Below are positions 29,005 through 32,568 of a stretch of DNA of 32,568 bases, one piece after another. The number at the start of each line of letters is the position of its first letter. The stretch's first letter is position 1. The notes under the pieces were generated by a model. It ran no database searches and was not told the DNA's origin. It worked only from the letters and a program-made list of their open reading frames with translations. The stretch lies in sequence record SRR31156797_4878; one strand, 5' to 3'. The position numbers and the translations under genes were made by a program.

Positions 29005-29084
29005 ACAAGTTTCTATTTATAATTGTAGTTCTGCTTTTGTGTTCGTTTACACAATCCTCATTTAAAATTTTGCATAAAATATGA
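29001..29084 (+). CDS. 27-aa signal-peptide-like small ORF (small protein or gene remnant)
   Basis: MNKFLFIIVVLLLCSFTQSSFKILHKI*; ATGA overlaps with both flanking genes. Confidence 0.4.
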   Translation: MNKFLFIIVVLLLCSFTQSSFKILHKI

Positions 29085-29590
29085 AACCAATAAGTAATTA
29101 TGAAATTGTTGTGTTTGCAATAGCTATTTCTATTGGGGTAATAATTGCTATTATAATTGCCGTTACAAGAAGTTCAAATAGACAATCTGAAAATCAATTG
29201 CTTTTAAGTAAGTTAAAAGGTAAACAATGGATGTCTTTTACAGGAATTAAGGTTAGTGGTTCTAAATATAAAATTGGAGCAGCAGCAACAAGGTTTTCCA
29301 ATCAATCTGCAACAAGGTCATCTTTACATCTTAGTAAAAATATGGTTGTTATTGTATCCAATCAAAAGAAGTTTGGGTATTCTATGTTACCCATATATTA
29401 TTCAAAACAGGAAAATCAGATGCCGGATAATATTATCCAGAATAATTGGAACTCTATATCCATAAAAAGAAAGTTAGTTTCAGATGGAGTTAAGGAAGAA
29501 ATTGATGTACTAATAGAAACCTCAACAAAAGAACAAAAAGAAGAGATTTACAAGGCATTAATGAATTGGTTGGAGGGAATAAAAAAATAA
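29081..29590 (+). CDS. Hypothetical protein with N-terminal TM helix
   Basis: 169-aa ORF, hydrophobic IVVFAIAISIGVIIAIIIAV, co-oriented with neighbours. Confidence 0.65.
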   Translation: MKPISNYEIVVFAIAISIGVIIAIIIAVTRSSNRQSENQLLLSKLKGKQWMSFTGIKVSGSKYKIGAAATRFSNQSATRSSLHLSKNMVVIVSNQKKFGYSMLPIYYSKQENQMPDNIIQNNWNSISIKRKLVSDGVKEEIDVLIETSTKEQKEEIYKALMNWLEGIKK

Positions 29591-29762
29591 TACAATATTT
29601 CTATAATAGATTTTTAATTAAAATAATGCTATTGCATAATCAAACTGTCATTAATAGGATACAAATCAGCTATTTAAAATGCGGGATTATTATCAAAAAC
29701 TGATCATTCTATCCAATAAGTTTTACATCTTTGTATAAGACAAAATACTTAAACTAAACGAA

Positions 29763-29948
29763 ATGACTGAACATGGATGTGAAACTTGTCCTATGCGGGC
29801 AAAGTACGATGCAAAACCCAAATCATTGATTGGAAGATTCTGGCGCTGGCATATAAATTTTTGTCCGGGTTGGAAAGGCTATATCAAATCGCTGGATGAA
29901 GAAACTAAACTAGCCTTAAAAGAAAAATATAAGCTTAAAAAAATCTAG
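29763..29948 (+). CDS. Small Cys/Trp-rich hypothetical protein (61 aa)
   Basis: CETC...FWRWHINFCPGW; fills the intergenic gap; A-rich start context. Confidence 0.75.
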   Translation: MTEHGCETCPMRAKYDAKPKSLIGRFWRWHINFCPGWKGYIKSLDEETKLALKEKYKLKKI

Positions 29949-29984
29949 TTGGCTCGTTATGAGTTATAAAACGAAAATTATACA

Positions 29985-30812
29985 ATGTTAATTGCAATAT
30001 CTATATATTTATTAGGACTTTATCTTCCCAGACTTCTTTTTAATAAACGTTATAAGAAAATTAAACGCGCTTTAAGTTGGAGATATATTATGTCTCCATT
30101 AGCCGGGGTTTTATTTACATTAGTAGTATCATTTATTATAATTTTAGGTTTAACATTTACATCTACAAAATCTTTTGTTGAAAATAAAAATGCCGTTTAT
30201 GGTTTGCACTTTAGTGAAACCATGAATGATCTTGGGTTTAAAGATCATGATAAAATTATAGAAGTTGATGATAAGATGGTAAGCATTGTTTCTGATATAA
30301 TAGGACAGATCATATTAGGCCCGGAAAATTCAAACATTAGGATTAATAGAAATGGAACAAATATCACTTTAAGTCTATCTAAAGATGACAAACTTTTATT
30401 GCTACAGAATCCTTCTGATAGGCATATATACCCTATTATAGAAGGGGATAATGGACCTATTATTATAACACATGAAAAACAAGGAATTATTGATGCTTTT
30501 AGAACCTCTAAAGCATTGTGGAGAAATAATTATAAAATTTTCATAGCTAACAAAGAAACGGCACAAATAGGAGGGTTTTCTACAATTGCTCCTTTAATGG
30601 GAACTCGGAACTTTATGATTGCTTTATCATCTTCGTTGATATTGATGACTATGATTGCTTTGATTCCTATACCAGGTTTAGCGACAGGGAATTTTGTAAT
30701 AGCTATAATTGAGGTAAAAAGAAAGAAACGATTTAATTCAAAAGGATTGATTATAGCACGTATTTGTAGTATCATCATTTTTATAATTACTATGTCAGTG
30801 TTTATGTTGTAG
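29985..30812 (+). CDS. RseP/site-2-protease (M50)-like membrane protein lacking catalytic motifs
   Basis: AGVLFTLVVSFII TM, PDZ-like LGFKDHDKIIEVDD, IGGFSTIA and ALIPIPGLATG resembling NLLPIPALDGG; no HEXXH. Confidence 0.7.
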   Translation: MLIAISIYLLGLYLPRLLFNKRYKKIKRALSWRYIMSPLAGVLFTLVVSFIIILGLTFTSTKSFVENKNAVYGLHFSETMNDLGFKDHDKIIEVDDKMVSIVSDIIGQIILGPENSNIRINRNGTNITLSLSKDDKLLLLQNPSDRHIYPIIEGDNGPIIITHEKQGIIDAFRTSKALWRNNYKIFIANKETAQIGGFSTIAPLMGTRNFMIALSSSLILMTMIALIPIPGLATGNFVIAIIEVKRKKRFNSKGLIIARICSIIIFIITMSVFML

Positions 30813-30853
30813 AATATGTCCTTTATTTATACTTAACTCTAAAATCCAGAAAA

Positions 30854-32116
30854 ATGAAAAAAATGCTACAATTAATAATGGCCGTTTGTATGCTGCCATT
30901 AACGATGACAGCCCAGGATTCTTCTTCAAAAGTTATTATAGAACGCTATTTTGATGCCTTTAATCAATCTGATTACGTAGTGCTTAGAAAGGTAATCACA
31001 GATGATTTTATGATGCAGGAAGGTGATTTTCGTATCTGTTCTTCTGCCGATGAGTTTTATACTGTTTTTCAGTGGGATTCCATTTTTAAACAGCAATACA
31101 CCGTTAAGGATATTCAAATTGGAGACGGAAAAATTATAGTTGATGTGTCTAAATTGGATATCAGAGTTGGATTTTTACATGATGATCCTATGGAGACTTT
31201 GGTGGAAGTAAAGATGGAAAATCAACGAGTAAAGTCACTTACCGTTCTATCTTATTCGCACTTTGATGGTGAAAAATGGGGCGGCAGACTAAAGAATTTA
31301 ACTGACTGGATAAATCAACATCATGCACAATTAAATGGTTTCGAAAGGGATTTAACTCCAGAGGGAGCAAGACGTTTTTTAGAGGCGATTGATTTATTTA
31401 CTCACCGAACGCTTCAGGAGAAAGAGCATATTTTTATAGATAAAGATCTGCAGCTTCAACATATTACGGATTCGGTTTTTGTGCATATCTCCTGGCATAA
31501 AAGTCCTAAGGGATATCGTTTCCCTTCTAATGGATTGATTATAGTCAAAAATGGAGAAGCTATAATGGTAGATTCTCCCTTTACCAATAAAAAAACAGAG
31601 CGTTTATACAATTACCTGAAAAATAAAATGGGCATTAAAGTTACGCAGCAAATAGCCGGACATTTTCATGCGGACTGTATGGGTGGTATCGCCTTTTTGC
31701 ACGAAAAAGGAGTACATACAATAGCCGGCAGTTTGACATGTAAAACTTGTAAGCAAAAGGATATGATCGTTCCTAAAGAATCTTTTAAGGGTAAAAAAGA
31801 ATATACTTTTAATGGAAAAAAGGTAGTTTGTCAATTCTTAGGAGGAGGTCATTCCTTCGATAACATTGTTGTTTGGTTACCGGAAGATCAGATTCTTTTT
31901 GGAGGTTGTATGGTTAAGAATATAAAAGCAACAGGCATGGGTAATTTAAGTGATGCCTCGGTGGATGAATGGGATGATACTTTAGTAAAGCTGCAGGAAG
32001 TTTTTCCAAGTGCCAAATGGGTCATTCCCGGGCATGGCGAAATTGGAGGTAAGGAACTCATTGCGCACACCATTGATTTGGTAGTCAATTATAATGCTCA
32101 AAAAGATGCCCAATAA
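30854..32116 (+). CDS. Fusion: signal peptide + NTF2/SnoaL-like domain + subclass B1 metallo-beta-lactamase
   Basis: C-terminal ~230 aa with HFHADCMGG, GGGHSFDN, FGGCMVK, GNLSDA and PGHG; N-terminal IIERYFDAFNQSDY...ITDDF SnoaL-like pattern. Confidence 0.85.
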   Translation: MKKMLQLIMAVCMLPLTMTAQDSSSKVIIERYFDAFNQSDYVVLRKVITDDFMMQEGDFRICSSADEFYTVFQWDSIFKQQYTVKDIQIGDGKIIVDVSKLDIRVGFLHDDPMETLVEVKMENQRVKSLTVLSYSHFDGEKWGGRLKNLTDWINQHHAQLNGFERDLTPEGARRFLEAIDLFTHRTLQEKEHIFIDKDLQLQHITDSVFVHISWHKSPKGYRFPSNGLIIVKNGEAIMVDSPFTNKKTERLYNYLKNKMGIKVTQQIAGHFHADCMGGIAFLHEKGVHTIAGSLTCKTCKQKDMIVPKESFKGKKEYTFNGKKVVCQFLGGGHSFDNIVVWLPEDQILFGGCMVKNIKATGMGNLSDASVDEWDDTLVKLQEVFPSAKWVIPGHGEIGGKELIAHTIDLVVNYNAQKDAQ

Positions 32117-32495
32117 GTTTTCCATACGAAAGAGAATACAAAGTTTTAAGTATGCCTTTAATGGTTTATGGCTTGTTTTTAGAGAAGAGCACAACGCACG
32201 TATTCATCTATTGGCTGCTATTATTGCAGTTTTGCTGGGATGGGGATTGGATATCAGCTCGGGAGAATGGCTAGCCATACTAATTGTTATCGCTATGGTT
32301 ATTTCGTTGGAAATGATGAATTCAGCCATTGAAAACCTGGCAGATTTTGTCAGTACCGATAAACATGAATTACTAAAAAAAGCCAAAGACCTTTCTGCCG
32401 GAGCAGTACTATGGTCATCCATAATAGCTTTAATTGTAGGTGGCATTGTCTTTCTGCCAAAAATATATGATTGGGTTTTATCCGCCTTCATGTAA
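32106..32495 (+). CDS. dgkA: Prokaryotic diacylglycerol/undecaprenol kinase family protein
   Basis: SFKYAFNGL, EHNARIH, EMMNSAIENLAD and AKDLSAGAV motifs; 3 TM; start at 32106 or 32094, overlapping the upstream stop. Confidence 0.9.
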   Translation: MPNKFSIRKRIQSFKYAFNGLWLVFREEHNARIHLLAAIIAVLLGWGLDISSGEWLAILIVIAMVISLEMMNSAIENLADFVSTDKHELLKKAKDLSAGAVLWSSIIALIVGGIVFLPKIYDWVLSAFM

Positions 32496-32568
32496 AAGCG
32501 TTAAGAAAATTAGAGAACGTAGCGTAAAAAAGAAAAGCTGTTTGAACGTAGTGAGTTCTTTTCTTTTA

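Noticed and set aside
31415-32116. Naming the beta-lactamase cfiA/ccrA
   Set aside because: Only motif-level resemblance; identity cannot be computed and the architecture differs.
383-32491. Many 60-130 aa minus-strand and alternate-frame ORFs in the track
   Set aside because: All lie within or overlap well-supported + strand genes and show no recognisable motifs; treated as shadow ORFs.
32496-32568. gaacgtag repeated twice within a loose aagaaaag...cttttctt inverted repeat
   Set aside because: Cut by the window edge; cannot distinguish a terminator from a REP-like element or chance.

Overview
AT-rich Bacteroidota window (marine Marinilabiliales-like by protein style; inference) in which every credible gene is on the + strand. 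Bases ~1-27950 hold a large beta-1,3/1,6-glucan (laminarin-type) polysaccharide utilisation locus: a 5'-truncated GH149-type glucan phosphorylase, two GPH-family MFS transporters, two GH16, two GH3, a beta-propeller/Y_Y_Y/LuxR membrane regulator, SusC/SusD, an Ig-like surface lipoprotein, tandem GH128-CBM6-like lipoproteins, a non-catalytic T9SS cargo protein and a GH30. After a terminator come an alpha/beta hydrolase, small hypothetical genes, an apparently inactive RseP-like protein, an NTF2/SnoaL-like + subclass B1 metallo-beta-lactamase fusion, and a DgkA-family kinase. Best leads: the beta-lactamase fusion, phased GTTGAG repeats at the susC promoter, a 41-bp leader shared by susD and the second GH128, the twin GH128s in a PUL with no visible GH17, the degenerate RseP, and a 27-aa ORF overlapping both neighbours. 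Family calls come from motif recognition by eye, not from database searches.
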